This document shows, in pieces, positions 13,600 through 27,188 of a DNA stretch of 64,000 nt. The notes under the pieces are model-generated. The model saw nothing but the letters and a program-made list of their open reading frames with translations, was not told the DNA's origin and ran no database searches. Source of the stretch: Epiperipatus broadwayi (taxonomy: Eukaryota; Animalia; Onychophora); NCBI GenBank assembly GCA_028023455.1, contig JAQFVV010000006.1:7440001-7504000 (forward strand), given 5' to 3'. The position numbers were made by a program, and so were the translations under genes. Each line of letters starts with the position of its first letter. Positions within the stretch are counted from its first letter, which is position 1.

Positions 13600-14260
13600 A
13601 ACTTAACTTACACATTGTTATACATTAGCAATTTCTTCTATTCTACTTTTATGCCATCTGGTATAAGTTTTTAGCAATCAATAGATGCCAGAGGGTAGTG
13701 CTAAATGAATCCTTATCCAGTGCTAACCTATCTAAATACCTTCAACTAGTTTCTAATTTATCACTTTCATCAGCGAGGAAGTTGTTGTCTTATTGATTAT
13801 GCAATATAATGGGTTTGTACAAATTCTAGTCAAAGAATAAGGTGCATAAGATAATTTTTTAAAAAAACTAAGGTTCATTATAATATATAAAAACTGAATC
13901 GATTTTGGATCTATACAATTACACAGGCAAATGAGCTTGGGTACATACGTTTTTCAATTTGGGCTCGTTATACCATGATAGGATAACAAATAGTATAAAA
14001 AAAGGCTGTTTAAGGTAAAATAGATTATATTCAAAGATCCAAATGTGCTATTCAAAATTGTAAAAGTTTCTCATTGTTGAAAGCCATAAAGTAGAAACTA
14101 GATTGGGCATATTTAGACAGAACAGCACTGGATAAGTATTTAAGCACTACCATCTGATATCTATGAATTACTTAAAGCTTACACTAGATGGCATAACAGT
14201 AGTGAAAATAGAAGAAATTTGTTAAAATATATTTACTAACCAACATCCTAATTACTGATC
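13600..14260. mobile_element. Old, diverged F1 relative (F1b) with inverted arms
   Basis: About 13615-13780 is inverted to about 14070-14240. HHR remnants lie at 13739-13780 (-: CCUCG-CUGAUGA-AAGUGAUAAAUUA-GAAA-CUAG-UU-GAAGG) and 14070-14107 (+). Confidence 0.65.
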
Positions 14261-14954
14261 AGCATTAGATGATTAGGAACTAGCACTAAAAACAATTTGA
14301 ATCTTGATTGAAAATTTTTCATCCATCCAAAAATGATCCCAAGTTCAATCGCAAATTATATGTCTAGCTCATGGATATGGCAAATTAACAACTGAACCCC
14401 AGTGCCAAGAAGTCCGTAATGTAATCTGGTGGTGAGTTTTCAAAACCATTATCACATCATAAAAGTCCCAAAAATAAATCCAACTCCCTATGCCTGAAAA
14501 TATTAACATAAATTGGTCAGAATCATAGGATTATAGAAAGATACTGGATGAGTTTTAACAAATGACTGACAAGACCCCTGGAAATATGGTCCATCTTAGT
14601 TTACTAATGAAACAAAAATCAACAATAAATAGACCAGTTCTGCCTTGTGTTAAGAAAAATATTGGGGAATTAAATAATGTGAAAATGGACTTAAAGAAAA
14701 GATTATGCAACTAAATTAATAACAAAATAATTAGTTGCTCAGGAAGTCATATAATGTTCAAAATCTGCAGGTGACAGGTTGAGCTTCAATACAGTAACTT
14801 TTTGCTCTCAAATCACCACACTGAACATATAACATATAATTAACATGGAACATATAATTAAAACGTGATTATGAATAAAATGACGCGATTAAAAAGTTAA
14901 AAACTTTACAGAAATTTAAAACTATAACGAAACATGTGAACAAAAAAACTTGAA

Positions 14955-15070
14955 TGGTTGTTGCTGTGGGGATGTTATGACATGTTAGAACCAAAAGTGA
15001 CAGCTTGAATTCTCGATTCACAAATCCTTAACTCCCAAGTTCATCATCCAACCATTGAGCTGAACTGAAC
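14955..15070 (-). mobile_element. tRNA-derived SINE family B, short copy
   Basis: Minus strand AGCTCAATGGTTGG (A box) ... GAATTCAAG (B-box-like); shares aagtgacag with the 19790 copy. Confidence 0.45.
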
Positions 15071-15364
15071 AGAGCATATAATTAAAATCCAACATCCAAT
15101 TAAAAAAGAGCTATAAGAAAACGTATAAACAAATAAAAAGTAAATGCTAATTATTTTAAAAGGGCCATAGAACTTCGAATGTTTAAGATGAGTGCATCTT
15201 TTCGAACCCTACATCAGAATTTTTCATCGCAGAAGTGTTAAGTATAGTTGGAATAAGGTTGTCAATAATTTGAAAGCTTGAAAACATCAGTTATGTATGG
15301 AAGGGGGGGGGGCTACGTTTTAAAATAAAATTTAAATAGCTTTTTTTTTTTCTCTTTTTTTTTT

Positions 15365-15456
15365 TCGTGTGTCATAGCATCAGCCTGGAAGCAAACCCGC
15401 TGACCCGGGACAACTGCTTGGCAGCTATGCTGACCACTCGGCCACCAATGATTGAC
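15365..15456 (-). mobile_element. SINE family A copy
   Basis: Poly-T then gtgtcatagcatcagcctggaagcaaaccc..., the reverse complement of the family consensus. Confidence 0.7.
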
Positions 15457-16254
15457 AAAGCTTTCCTGCTAATATTTTGAAATAACCTAAACCGTCAAAT
15501 CCAACAGAGCAGGAATATGTATTTTACATTATAAAGCAAAAAAAATGATAGTGTTTTAATGACTTAGTTAATATAGTATTTGCACTGTTAAGAGTTTATT
15601 TTAATTTTCAGTGTCGTTTTTGAAGATGTTTGATTTAATAACACTTGATAGGTTCATGCCTCAAAATGTAATTGAATAAGTGGGGATTAAATGTGAATAA
15701 GTGAATGTGAATTGAATAATTAGATTACTTGTGAATATAGATCAGACTGTCTGTTTTGATATTATAAAGGTAGGAAAAAAAATCTTGTTAGATTAAAACG
15801 TAAACGCTATTAAAATTTTAAAGTCTTTTTATTATATGTATATCTTTCTTACTTCAAAGCAAAGTTTTAACAAATCAGCCAGTCAATCCACCCAAAATGT
15901 ACTCTTTCCGATTTTGATACTGTGATAAAACAATCAACCAGTTAATCAGATCTTCCAGGGTAATTGTTTTATGACCAACTCCGTTCTTCTGTTGCTAATA
16001 AGGCCACTGCGAGAAATTCAACATAGGATACAAAGGCCATATAAAGACCAAAACTCAAGAGCAAATAGATTTTAAACCAGAAATAATCGTGAAATGGTCT
16101 TCTTAAATATTAATTAAGCATTTAAATATTAAAATGAGCCAACCAAAAAAGCATAATAGATTGACTGATTATTTTAGCATAGTGTCAAAGTTCACACATG
16201 GAGTCAGTGAACCGATTGGCTGGTTTATTTAAACTTTCTTAAGGAATAGTTACA

Positions 16255-16883
16255 TTAAAACAGGCAAAACTCTCCATACAGTAGTGCTACTCAGTGCAAG
16301 CCAGAATAATCAATGGGTGCCAGAAGGCTTGTGCATAAAATCCCTATCTAGTGCCTACTCATCCAATATCCCCAGACTAGTGTCTGGCTTTTGGCCTTCG
16401 TCAGTGAGGAGCTTTGGATCTGAGAGCACTGCACCTAGATCTTGGGATCTAATGCAAACCTCCAGCATCCACCTTTTATCTCTACTTAACTACAAAACTA
16501 TGAGAATAAAATTGAAAACAATAATATTTTCAATCCAAGCTCATTAGCTTATATAATCCTATAGGTCTGAACTCAGTTCAGTACCATACATTTTGGTGTC
16601 TTTAGTTCTTTAATAACCATAGCCACCACTATCCTATTAAGCAGGATTGGTGTTAAACCACTAAACATCACATGATCACCATTTCTCACTGACAACGGCT
16701 AAAATCCAGAAACTAGTCTGGGGATATTGGAAGAGTAGGCACTAGATAGGGATTTTATGCACAAGCCTTCTAGCATCCATTGATTACTCTGGCTTACACT
16801 GAGTGGCACTACTATATGAAGAGTTTTGCCTGTTTTAATAACAATTATGAGCAAGCATAAAAAGTGGTGATTGTGAGATGTTT
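16255..16883. mobile_element. HHR family F1: about one full minus-strand monomer plus an inverted arm
   Basis: HHRs lie at 16369-16410 (-, GAAA>GACA) and 16684-16724 (+, G8A). Flanking direct repeat aatagttaca lies at 16245-16254 and 16884-16893. Confidence 0.85.
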
Positions 16884-18243
16884 AATAGTTACAGTGTTAA
16901 CAATTATCATTACACGCGTTATTCATAAATATGTATTTATACTTTGATATATCAAATTTTCACCATTTACGACTTTTATACCAACAACTTTAGTTAAATA
17001 TATTAATGATTATTTCTAATCATTTATTAAACTAGTTGATTATCTCCAGCCCAGATATAAACTTTAAACTTTATTTCATTAAACATAAACATATGAAATA
17101 ATTTCATTTCTTTTTTTTTCACATGTAATATTTTTTTAGATATATTATACATTCATGGACTATATGATTAAAAAACTATATTAATCTTTGACTGAGGTTT
17201 AAAGTGTATATCCGATCGGGGGTTAATCTCTAGTTTAAAAAATGATTGATAAAGGTCATTAAAGGATTAATCTGAAATAGATGTTGGCAAAACTGTGAGT
17301 ACAAGAAGTTTAACAATTGTAAATCAAAGTGCAATAATTTGATATTTGTTATATACCGAGCAAATGAATGAAGACATCGGTAAGGGATTGTGACTCGGGC
17401 CACCTAAATGATGCTAGTTTGGCATGAAATACATATTCAGAATAATTTGTCTTTTTCAGATGATTTTATTCATATGTTTCAAAAATATACAAAGTGAAAT
17501 ATATATATATTGTAACCCAACAAATGAGTGACCAAAGGGTGGTAGAACACAAGCCTACCATGTTGGTTGCCAAAAACCAACCATGTAACCATATAAACTG
17601 TAAGACAGGTCACAGGCTAGCTGAACAATCAAAGGCTGCATGCACAGTCACCATATGATATGGATTTTGAAGACTACACCAGAGTATAAGCTCTCTTGTA
17701 GATAATACCATGGCTAAATGCAATTATTAATGTATAAGGTTCTCTTTATCTCAAATATAATTTCTTCCTAGAAATATTGTATTCATTTTAAATATAAGTT
17801 CTTTTGCAAGTTTAAAATATCACATCTTATGTTTTAAAACCATATTTATCTCTTTTACAAGTTTAGGACATCTTGATTTCAGGGTTCAAATTCAGAATAA
17901 AATGCACTTGAAAAAAATGTTAGTGGGAATATTTTAACTTCGTAACAAAAATATAATGATTACTATTTAACCTAGACATGGAACATTTAATATTTCTTTT
18001 AATTTATTTTGGAGTCTCAGTTATTTTAAGAAAGCAGAAATGAAATCACATAAGAATAGAATACGCAAATACTAAAGTAGTATCTAATTGATGACTTGAA
18101 AAACATTTAAACACTTTACAACTATTAAAATATAATTATTTCATTTCTACTAACCATAAAACACAGAAATCTTATATTTTCTAATGCAAATTTGAATAGG
18201 CAATATCATGATAATGTAGAGGGCAGTAAGGGCATATTTTTTT

Positions 18244-18335
18244 AAATGTCAAATGCGTTGACCTGGAAGCAAACCTTGGCCAGCTGCTTAGAAGGCAGCT
18301 ATGCATGCTAACCACTAGGCCACCAATGCATTGAC
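18244..18335 (-). mobile_element. SINE family A copy
   Basis: atgtcaaatgcgttgacctggaagcaaacc... matches the family. Confidence 0.6.
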
Positions 18336-18993
18336 TAGTAGGGGCATCTTTTATGCTGCCAACTACACAACAAGTGCACTTGCAATGAAGTCATAACGAC
18401 AATGAAACAAAAATGTATTAAATTAATAATAAAATATTTATTTACAACATATAATAAACCATATAATAAAAGTATTTATCTATAATTATTATTTCTTTAA
18501 TTTAATATTTATAATTTACAGATATTATTAACTTATACATTGATGTACCTTTATTAAGCTATTCCTACAGTTTATCATATAAGTGATATTTACTACACAA
18601 AATACAATCCTTACTTCAAAACCTAGTAGTCATAATGTAAAACAATATACATCTACACCTTTGTCCAGGCCATTAGGAGATATTATATACGTTAGTTAAT
18701 CAAAAAATAGTATAAAAATCAGTGTGGAAATGCTTAAAAAATATTAATACAACAGCAACCAATATTATGCAATATAAAAACAATTATAATATTAACAAGA
18801 AGTATATTGGGATGAGGAAATAACGACGCTCGGCATTAATTATATATTTGAAGTTAAAAAAACTATAGTGAAGCTAATAATAAATTGTAAAGCTGAACAT
18901 GCCTGTGGATGTACACCAAAATATATTTTAATATTGAAATTCTAGGCATAGTGGACAAGGGAAATATAAGCTAGCAAAGGTGCAATTGAACAC

Positions 18994-19054
18994 CTGGTAA
19001 GATATGCAGATGGTGTCGACGAATAAATGAGCTACATTCTCTTTCATGGAGTGG
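18994..19054 (-). CDS. BLTP2: Candidate host gene exon (BLTP2-like)
   Basis: tatttag|C acceptor; phase 2 to 0; HSMKENVAHLFVDTICISYQ resembles PTPVLSLSMLSITYH of human BLTP2. The donor CAG|gtgttc is weak. Confidence 0.45.
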
Positions 19055-19554
19055 CTAAATACACATAAAACTAATATAAATAACATCCACTTAAAATTGC
19101 CTCAAAAATATTACTAATGATAAAAGGCATGGAGCTAATAATAGTAATAAACATATCACACACATAGAAAAAGGCACATAATTCATTCACTCGGGTTTAA
19201 GGTTATACGTATACCGACAAACCTATTATTGCATAGTGGTAACAACACTTTATGTATAAACTATTTAAAATTCTCTCACGAATAGTGATATTTATAACAC
19301 TTTCATTCATAAAATACTTTTCATAACTATACAAAAGGCTGTTATACCTCTGGGTACAATCATTTATAATTTTAATTACTCATTCCGAAGAAAAAAACTC
19401 CAGAATAATAAAACCTTCTATTGTATATCTTACCAATTCCACTTCTGCAACACCATTTTCACAAATATATTTATAATATAATAACTAATATTAATCATAT
19501 TATGCTTAAAAGCTAATGATTATAACAATTCTAAAATAAATATTTATATATTGT

Positions 19555-19872
19555 GTTTTCCTGAAGGTTTGTGATGACAGTGTTCTAGTTATCTTTTTAT
19601 ATTGGACTATTTCCACCATCTAATATGAGTATTGAATGTGTTTAGAAAAATTAAACTTCATTTAAATATTCCAAATACATTCAACGTTAGTGATAGCACG
19701 TCAAACAGGTTAGTATATGCACAATGTTTTGGGAGCTATTATTCCCCCCTCTACTTTGGATGTCGCTGGCTTGACAAGTGACAGTACTAGCATAAGATTT
19801 GAACCTGAATCCTTAGATTCTTAAGTATTGAATTTTAAGGTAACGCTTCAACCAACTGAGCTATCCTATCAA
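19555..19872 (-). mobile_element. tRNA-headed SINE-like family B with long body
   Basis: Minus strand TAGCTCAGTTGGTTGAAGCG (A box) and GGTTCAAATC (B box); body is shared with about 31045-31370 and about 43450-43790. Confidence 0.55.
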
Positions 19873-20394
19873 AGTCAACAATCAGTAGAAATTTCATATA
19901 CTTATCTATGAGGTTCTTCCTGATTTCTCCACTTTTTCATAAGAGCAAAGTTGATTAGCGGTTTCCGTACATTATGTATATTTACACGAGGTTGGCTTAA
20001 GGGCTTTTTTGCCATTGTCATGTGAGCAGCTTCTTTAAATTTTCTTATTTGTACCTTTTCTTCTCTATCCAATATTTTTGTGCACATGATAACTGTAATA
20101 CCATTTTAGAGATTAAATAGTTCATTTCCTTTGTATAAGGAACACTATCTCTTTTCAGTCTCTTCATTTTTTTCTTGAAGTGACATATGAATACATACAC
20201 AGTCCTTTAATAAAATGAGCAGACACACACACACATATATATATATGCAAAAATATTTTGGAGAAAAAGTTTGCAATAATTTCACATACGTAAAATAATA
20301 GGAACCAACGGCAAATGATTTTAATGACAACCAATTTCTTTCAGAAACACATTTTTAAAAAAAAAATGGCAATAAAAATTAAATAGACCTAATT

Positions 20395-21080
20395 TGACAT
20401 GCCTGCTCTAGAGGAGAGGAGGCCTTCAATCATCTGTTAAATATTTGTCCAGGCTATAATGGTATTAGAAGTTTCATCTCTCGACACTGCATTATAGCAG
20501 TGGATAAAATCCTGGACATCAGGGGTTGTCTCTCCTCTGGAGACTTTACAGCTATCAGGTTATCTGTCTTCCTGACATACACTTTTTGGTACACAAGATG
20601 CAGGACAAAGTTCACACAACCAACACCGGACCCCAATGCTATATTTTGCGATAAGCTCAAAGCTCTTCAAAACAAGGATAAGATATTATCCTCTAGATTT
20701 TTTATTTATTAATACATGGAGCCTACTAGTATGGCCCACAGACTCTACATGAATATTGGACCTGATATATCCACAATGCAATGTATCGTAAATGAAGTAG
20801 TCTATGATGCAACATGCCGGATTTTACTAGAGAGGCATTGATTTCATACTACATGTATCCCAGCTGATAGGTTAGCATTATTGGGCCAACCTTAAAAGGG
20901 GTGGTCTATGCCAACATAATGGAATGTATGTAATCATTTATCAACCTGCTAGTGCAGAGAATGGCTCTGGCATACATCTGCCAGACCAATGTCAGCAATG
21001 GATGAGCCAACATTAACAAAGTGCATTTATTATTCATCTGTACAATTTTATTATGTCAATAAATATATTTTTAAAATAAA
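20395..21080 (+). mobile_element. 5'-truncated L1/Tx1-type LINE (ORF2 C-terminus plus 3' UTR)
   Basis: EEAFNHLLNICPGYNGIRSF...AIRLSVFLTYTFW aligns with ETTAHLLYTCSTFSPIRNF...SIRLSIFLTFTLW of the 50.3-56.1 kb element; AATAAA near 21058. Confidence 0.8.
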
Positions 21081-21091
21081 AATCACAATAG

Positions 21092-21197
21092 TCAAGCGTT
21101 GTTGTCCGGGAGGTTATCGCAGCCGCCTTGCAAGCAAGTAGTTGGTTGCAGACGGTTGTGGGTTCGCGTCCCGGCCGATGCTATGACATATGAAAAA
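21092..21197 (+). mobile_element. tRNA-derived SINE family A with 14-bp TSD
   Basis: A-box-like TGTCCGGGAGG, B box GGTTCGCGTCCC, A-tail; TSD aaaaatcacaatag lies at 21078-21091 and 21198-21211. Confidence 0.85.
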
Positions 21198-21975
21198 AAA
21201 AATCACAATAGCAACAACAGAATGATAATTCTTTATTTAAAATTGCTCTTTATTAAGTTCTTTTTTACATGTCAATTGCTGTAACCTTAAATGACAGTAT
21301 ATTTGAAGCAATCAGCAATTTACAAAACAAAATATTCAAAGAAATAGAAGAATAGCAATATTATTTGTTTTAATACAAAACAACCATTATATAGTCTTTC
21401 ATTAGATAATTGAAAATTTAGCTTTCACACATTTGTATTTTATTATACGTTCATAAGCTAATTTTAAATAATTGTCAATGCTTCTTTATTTTCCTTTGTA
21501 AGTTTAATAACTTTATAGAAAGTCATCATTCTATATATGAGCTTGACATAAGTAGATTGATTATTTTGAGAGCAAATAATTAGTAATTAGATGTAAACAT
21601 TATAAACTGCAATCATTCCATCTAATAACAGCATTGTCTGAACCCATTTAAAACCAAAACTCTATCATTCTTTAGGTTTATTATCTGCATTGTATAAGGG
21701 TCATAAATCACACATTGACATTTTATGCGTCAAAATTGAGAATATAATCCTGTTTACCATAGCTGTTTCTCATTGGGATTTCGCTTAGTTATTATATCAT
21801 GCATGAAATTTATCTAAAAATTCTATTAAAATTATTAATATTTACTTATAGATGCTAATGAAAATCAGTTTATTATTATTATCCAGAATACACAATAGGA
21901 GAGTTTGTTTACTGTGAAAATATTTTGGAACTTTTTATATTTCCTGTTTTCACATATAAAGTATTATTGTTTAAC

Positions 21976-22253
21976 ACCCAGGGGCTAAAGTCTCCATACA
22001 GTAGCGCCAATCAGTGCAAGCCAGATTAATCCATGGATGCAGAAAGGTTTGTGCATAAAATCCCTATTTAATGCCTACTCATCGAATATCCCCAGTGGAT
22101 GAGTAGGCACTAGATAGGGATTTTATGCACTAACCTTCCTGCATCCATGGATTACTCTGGCTTATACTGTGTAGTGCTACTGTACAGAGTTTTGCATCTG
22201 TGTTAACAGATTGTGCAAGCATAAAGAGGTGAGCATGATGTTCCATGGTGTAA
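21976..22253. mobile_element. F1 fold-back copy lacking the HHR core
   Basis: Inverted arms are joined at 22095/22096 (ccccag|tggatg). Flanking tattattgt(t/c)aac-type repeat lies at 21962-21975 and 22254-22267 (13/14). Confidence 0.8.
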
Positions 22254-23315
22254 TATTATTGTTCAACCTAAAATTCTTAAAAAATCTGAAGTAAGAAATT
22301 AAATTTAGATTTATTTATATTTTAAAGTAGTTCAGATATATGTTATTACAATGGGGCGTGATTTATGTTAACAATTCTGGTTTCTAATTGATATTTGCTT
22401 AGTTATATCAGTAATTATGTATTAGTCCAGTGGTAATGAAAGGCATCAGTACAAACAAACGTGTATATAAAACCCGAATTAAACATATTTATAATCTTCC
22501 AGAAAGAAAATGGATTAATTTTGTAAATGGACAGAATTGTATGGTTAAATATATGTGGATCTTTTTTTTTTTTTTTTTGGATTTGATTACCACTTAGTAA
22601 TGAATATAGATTATTAAAAGTTTATTTGTTGGATAATAATTTCTCGCAAAAAAAACATATTTCTACTAAATAAAGTTATAGGTGACCATTTGTAAAATAA
22701 AAGAATCTTTATAAGATAATTAAAGCAGAGTAGGTTGGATAAAGCTCTGATGAACACTACTGGACAGTCGAAACTGTAAGGAAAATAAAGAAATTTTTTT
22801 AAGAAAATTTGTTTGCATTGAAGTGTATATGAAAGAAGTATTATAAGCAATATATATATATGCATATAAGATAATTGCTCAGAAAAACCATAAATGCATG
22901 TTTGTATCATTCCCAGTAAATAAAGTTATATGTCATCATTTTTCTAAATAAATCTTTAATTGATCAATGAAGTTTGTTAGAAGCTTCCATGTTGACATTA
23001 TTTTCTAAGATCGTAAGTTTCAAATATTATTCCTGGACTAATGTGCTTATAAAATCTCACCATCATGCTCATATGCAAATAGCATTACATTATATTTGAA
23101 ATTTATCCATAAAATATATAAAAACATTCCATTAAAATTACTATTTTCAAATTATTATCTATAAGTTACTATGAGAATTTTGTTTTAATTGTAAAATATA
23201 TTTAGTAAAAGGTCTGTCTAGTTTGTGACTATTATGTAATCCAGGGCAATAAACAAAAAGTAGTTTGACTTTTGATTTATAGTGGTTCAGATAAATATAA
23301 TTATTGCATAGTATG

Positions 23316-23905
23316 TGTCATATCTGACCCTGTCTTCAGAAGTGGACTATTCCAGATTCCTTACCTGATTGGCTAGCACCTAGTTGCTACCCAAAGGAAT
23401 TAAATCCTTCACTGGGGTTCGCGCACCAAATCCGCAGGTTTCCAGTACGGTAGGGGATCTGCCATTAAATAGTCAGCCTTTTGGAGGCAAGGCAGAGAGC
23501 AATTACTTCTGTCAACCTAAATGACTAAACATGCTCTCCATTAAACCCTCTGCCATTAGCAAGGGTAGTATCTCTTGTCATTGTTGTGACGTCCACACAG
23601 TGAGGCAAGTCCACCTACGGACTGGAAACTGTGACGTCTGCACTTGACTCGAGACAAGCTAAATACATAGCTGGAAGAGTCTTACTAGAGCTCACAAAGC
23701 AGGCTAATCATTAGCTGGAAGTGAGTTCCGGGCTTGGCACGACTACCTCAGCATTAGCGTGTATAACAATACATATATATTATTGTTTAACTAACAAGTG
23801 GGCATATTTTTTAGTATTAATAAATTGTACATATTAATTGCTGAATAGTTGTTCTTTTGCAACTGTTGGTTTGGAACGAACCTGTAAGCCTAACTAAACA
23901 CGACA
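23316..23905 (+). mobile_element. Solo LTR (590 bp), related to 5664-6245
   Basis: TGTC...GACA termini; TSD gtatg (23311-23315 and 23906-23910); shared blocks cagaagtggactattccagattcc, aaatagtcagcctttt and gagacaagcta. Confidence 0.85.
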
Positions 23906-24315
23906 GTATGATTTCAATTTATAATGCCGATTTCTAATTGGTCTTTGCTTAGTTACATCGTAGCTGAAATTTATCTAGAAAACATACAGATAATTCCTAT
24001 TAAAATTATAAACACATATGCAGGTGTTCCTCTACTTTTATACATTCCGGTTTTGTACAATTCGTTATTTCGTACAAATGGCAATAGAAAAAGACACCGG
24101 CGTGTTATGGAATTTTTTATCGAGACAAAAAAAAAGGAAAAGTACAATTCAACTATCTCTTGATAAATAAAACACCAGATAATAATCAATAAAATGTTAT
24201 TTATGCACCGTGTATTCGAGTTTTTGTTCTTATCGCACGTCTTACATCGCATTAATCAATCAGCACTTACATATATATATACAGAACAATGATTTACATT
24301 TTTATATAATTTTAA

Positions 24316-25470
24316 GTTATATTTACTGAGGCTATAACCTCGATAATATGCGTGTAAAATGCGATAGTAGGGATCTCTACAGGTGTTTTAACCACAAGCT
24401 TACGCTAGTAATATTAATTTTATTTTTAAAGTCATAAAAAATTTATTTTTATTAATTTGAGATGTCTTTCGATTACTTTTATTCTTAGAGTATTCTCCTC
24501 ATCAATTATCACAGGAAGTAAAGCATAAAATCTAAAATATAATTGTGAATAGGAGTAAAAGCCTATGCAAATTTAAAAATAGTTTCAAATAAATAATATA
24601 TCACTTTATTTACATAATTGTAATAAGACTAATAAACGCAATGAAAAGTATTGAATTTTAAACTTTCTGAAAAATATGCGATAAATATTTTTACCGTACA
24701 ATTTTTTTTAATGAATCCAATAACTATATATCCTTATACATTTTTAATAATTTTATAAATATTAATCCTTTATTTTATTCTTATTTTTGACTGATTTCTT
24801 TTGTGTAAACTGTTCTATATTTATATATATGTTATTCTACATTTGTATAACTTTTAAATAATTTAACTTATTTCTATCACTTTGAATTATTTCATTAACA
24901 ATGTAATAAAAGTTAAGGTAATAAAGAAATAAAAAGTAGAGGACCGTCTGTATATGTTAGTACACCTCATTAAAAAATAAATATTTTAAAACCACTTTTT
25001 GATGCTTTTTTTATTTTTAAAAATAGCTCTATTTTCATAGATTTCAACTTTCATGCACTTTGAATGTCGATGACCGCATGTATATGTAAATATTCTTGAG
25101 GTTACAGCCTTAGTAAATATTACTTAATATAATAATGTGCGTTTAAATAAATTTATAATTACAACTTTAAATTATCGTAATAGATTTCTTGCTATAAGAT
25201 CTTTCTATTGACTCGTTGTAAATCGAAAGATTTCGCGAGTAATAATGTATAATAGGAATTGTGGACTTAATCAGTGAAGTACTGACACACTCTCAGATCT
25301 AACAGCTTCAGCTTTACCTATTCATATATAAAAGTAGGTTGAAGTAAAGAAGGTTCCTCTCTTTTCTTCCATAGCGTAAGCTTGTGGTTAAGACCTGTAG
25401 AGGTCCCCACCTTCGCATTTGTCAGAAGCATATTCTTGAGGTTACAGCCTTAGTAAATATTACTTAACCT
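24316..25470. repeat. Unclassified repeat family: copy at about 24316-24410, inverted to a 338-bp partial tandem at 25095-25470
   Basis: gaggttacagccttagtaaatattacttaa occurs at about 25099 and 25437; ggatctctacagg..ttaaccacaagcttacgcta matches the reverse complement of 25370-25460. Confidence 0.65.
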
Positions 25471-26702
25471 TATAATTTAAAATTATATAAGTACATTTAT
25501 TATAATATTACCTTTACTTTTAAATTCAGCAAGTTCCTGCACCAAATTAATAAAAGTCATATGAGAAAAGGTACTCCAAAACATTGACGTCTGCTCCAAG
25601 AACTGAATATTTATATCCTTAAAAGAAAAGAAAAAATACAAAACTAATTTAAGCAAAGATGTTGTGAGTTTAAGAAAATAGTCATCAAATATTGAAATAA
25701 ATAAATAATCCTTTCCTAATGCTTATTCTGTAAACAGGAATGTTTATATATGTAAAACTAATGTCTCCACTTAAAAATCAAACCTCATCTTAAAGGTTAA
25801 TTAGACAGCATGTCGCTAATAAAATTAAAATATTAAACCTATAAATTTCTATTGGTGAACAAACTTTCGATTCATTTTTTTTTTAGTCTAAGGCCAACCT
25901 GTCTCAAGAATCTCAAAGTTAAACAAGTACAAAATGACTATATATGACTAGGGAGTTCTCGAAAATGAGAAACAAATTTATAACATTTTGAAGGTCTCTA
26001 CCAATTTATTTTATTCTAAATCAGATTTATTGGAATTATTATTAAACATTTTCAATTAAGTTAAAAAGTTCTGTTTATTTGTCTTGATTAAATCTTACAG
26101 CTGCTTTTAATATATTTCTACTGGATGGATTTCGTTCAAATTTTGGGCATGCGTTAGGTAACAATGAAAATGTAATATGACATTGAAAAATTTCAGGGTT
26201 GTCTGGCTGTTTGATGGATGGAATGCCAAAACACACAACAATATAATAAGTTTTCATAAATGCACATGAGCTGGCAGTATAATTTTTTTAAAAAAGATAC
26301 TTTTATTCAATATTCAGTAAACCGCATTTCCGGTTAATTAAATAGAAAGATAAACAAATGAAAAATAAAGTCTTAATTTCTCTTTAATTAAGGAATCAAA
26401 TCTTATACATGATTTTTAACATATGAATTTTATTTTAAAAACTAGAAATATAGCAACATTGTTTACATTTTGTTTCTAAACCTGAATATACATATAATGA
26501 TTCCAATGAGAGAGTCATAACAAGCTATGATTATGAGAAATACACTTTCTCGAAAGCGCTTAGTCATTTTAGTTTGTTGACTACAATTAATTTGCTAATT
26601 TATACAGCTTTACATTATATGTGTGTTAGCACAACTTTATTATTATTATAATTGACAAGCGTAAAGCATAAATCTATGATCTATTACTTAATAAACCTGA
26701 AT

Positions 26703-27188
26703 ATGTGTTTCCCTGAAAATAAGACCTAACCAGAAAATAAGCCCTAGCCTGATTTTTCAGGATGTTGATAATATAAGCTCTCCCCAAATATAAGACCTAG
26801 TTAAGATTATCAGCCTAATGGATGGATATCATTTGTCCATCGAAACACATGATGGATGTATAGAATTATAAAGTAATGAATATCCGAAAAGGCTGAACCT
26901 TATTACTAACCAGCGATCTTAGTTAACAAATTAATAAAGCCAACTTAGCGTTTCATATATTATTTTAAATACACGTAAATAACTTTTAATATTCTCATAT
27001 ATTAGGGGAAAGTTCTGTGATATGATTAAATCCTAAACATGGCATATCAAAACAGTAGTAAAAGTTATTTACATGCTATTACTGTACTTAAATAAATGTA
27101 GACTTTTGTATCCCCTGAAAATACATCCAAGGCAGTCTTTTGGAGCAAAAATTTAATATCACTGGGTCTTATTTTGGGGGCAACATGG
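26703..27188. mobile_element. pogo/Tigger-like non-autonomous DNA transposon (MITE)
   Basis: TIRs gtgtttccctgaaaataagacc and ggtcttattttgggggcaac resemble pogo-type CCGTGTTTCCCCGAAAATAAGAC ends. Confidence 0.65.

Noticed and set aside
17511-17870. TGTAAC-starting LTR-like segment
   Set aside because: No matching 3' inverted end and no TSD found.
21092-21197. tRNA gene
   Set aside because: A and B boxes are present but there is no cloverleaf; A-tail, TSD and dispersed copies indicate a SINE.
25372-25435. CUGACAA-AUGC-GAAG as a hammerhead, or GGUUACAGCC as a twister
   Set aside because: The core is not conserved in the 24.35 kb copy, and the required UH site and UCCCAAG-type motif are missing.
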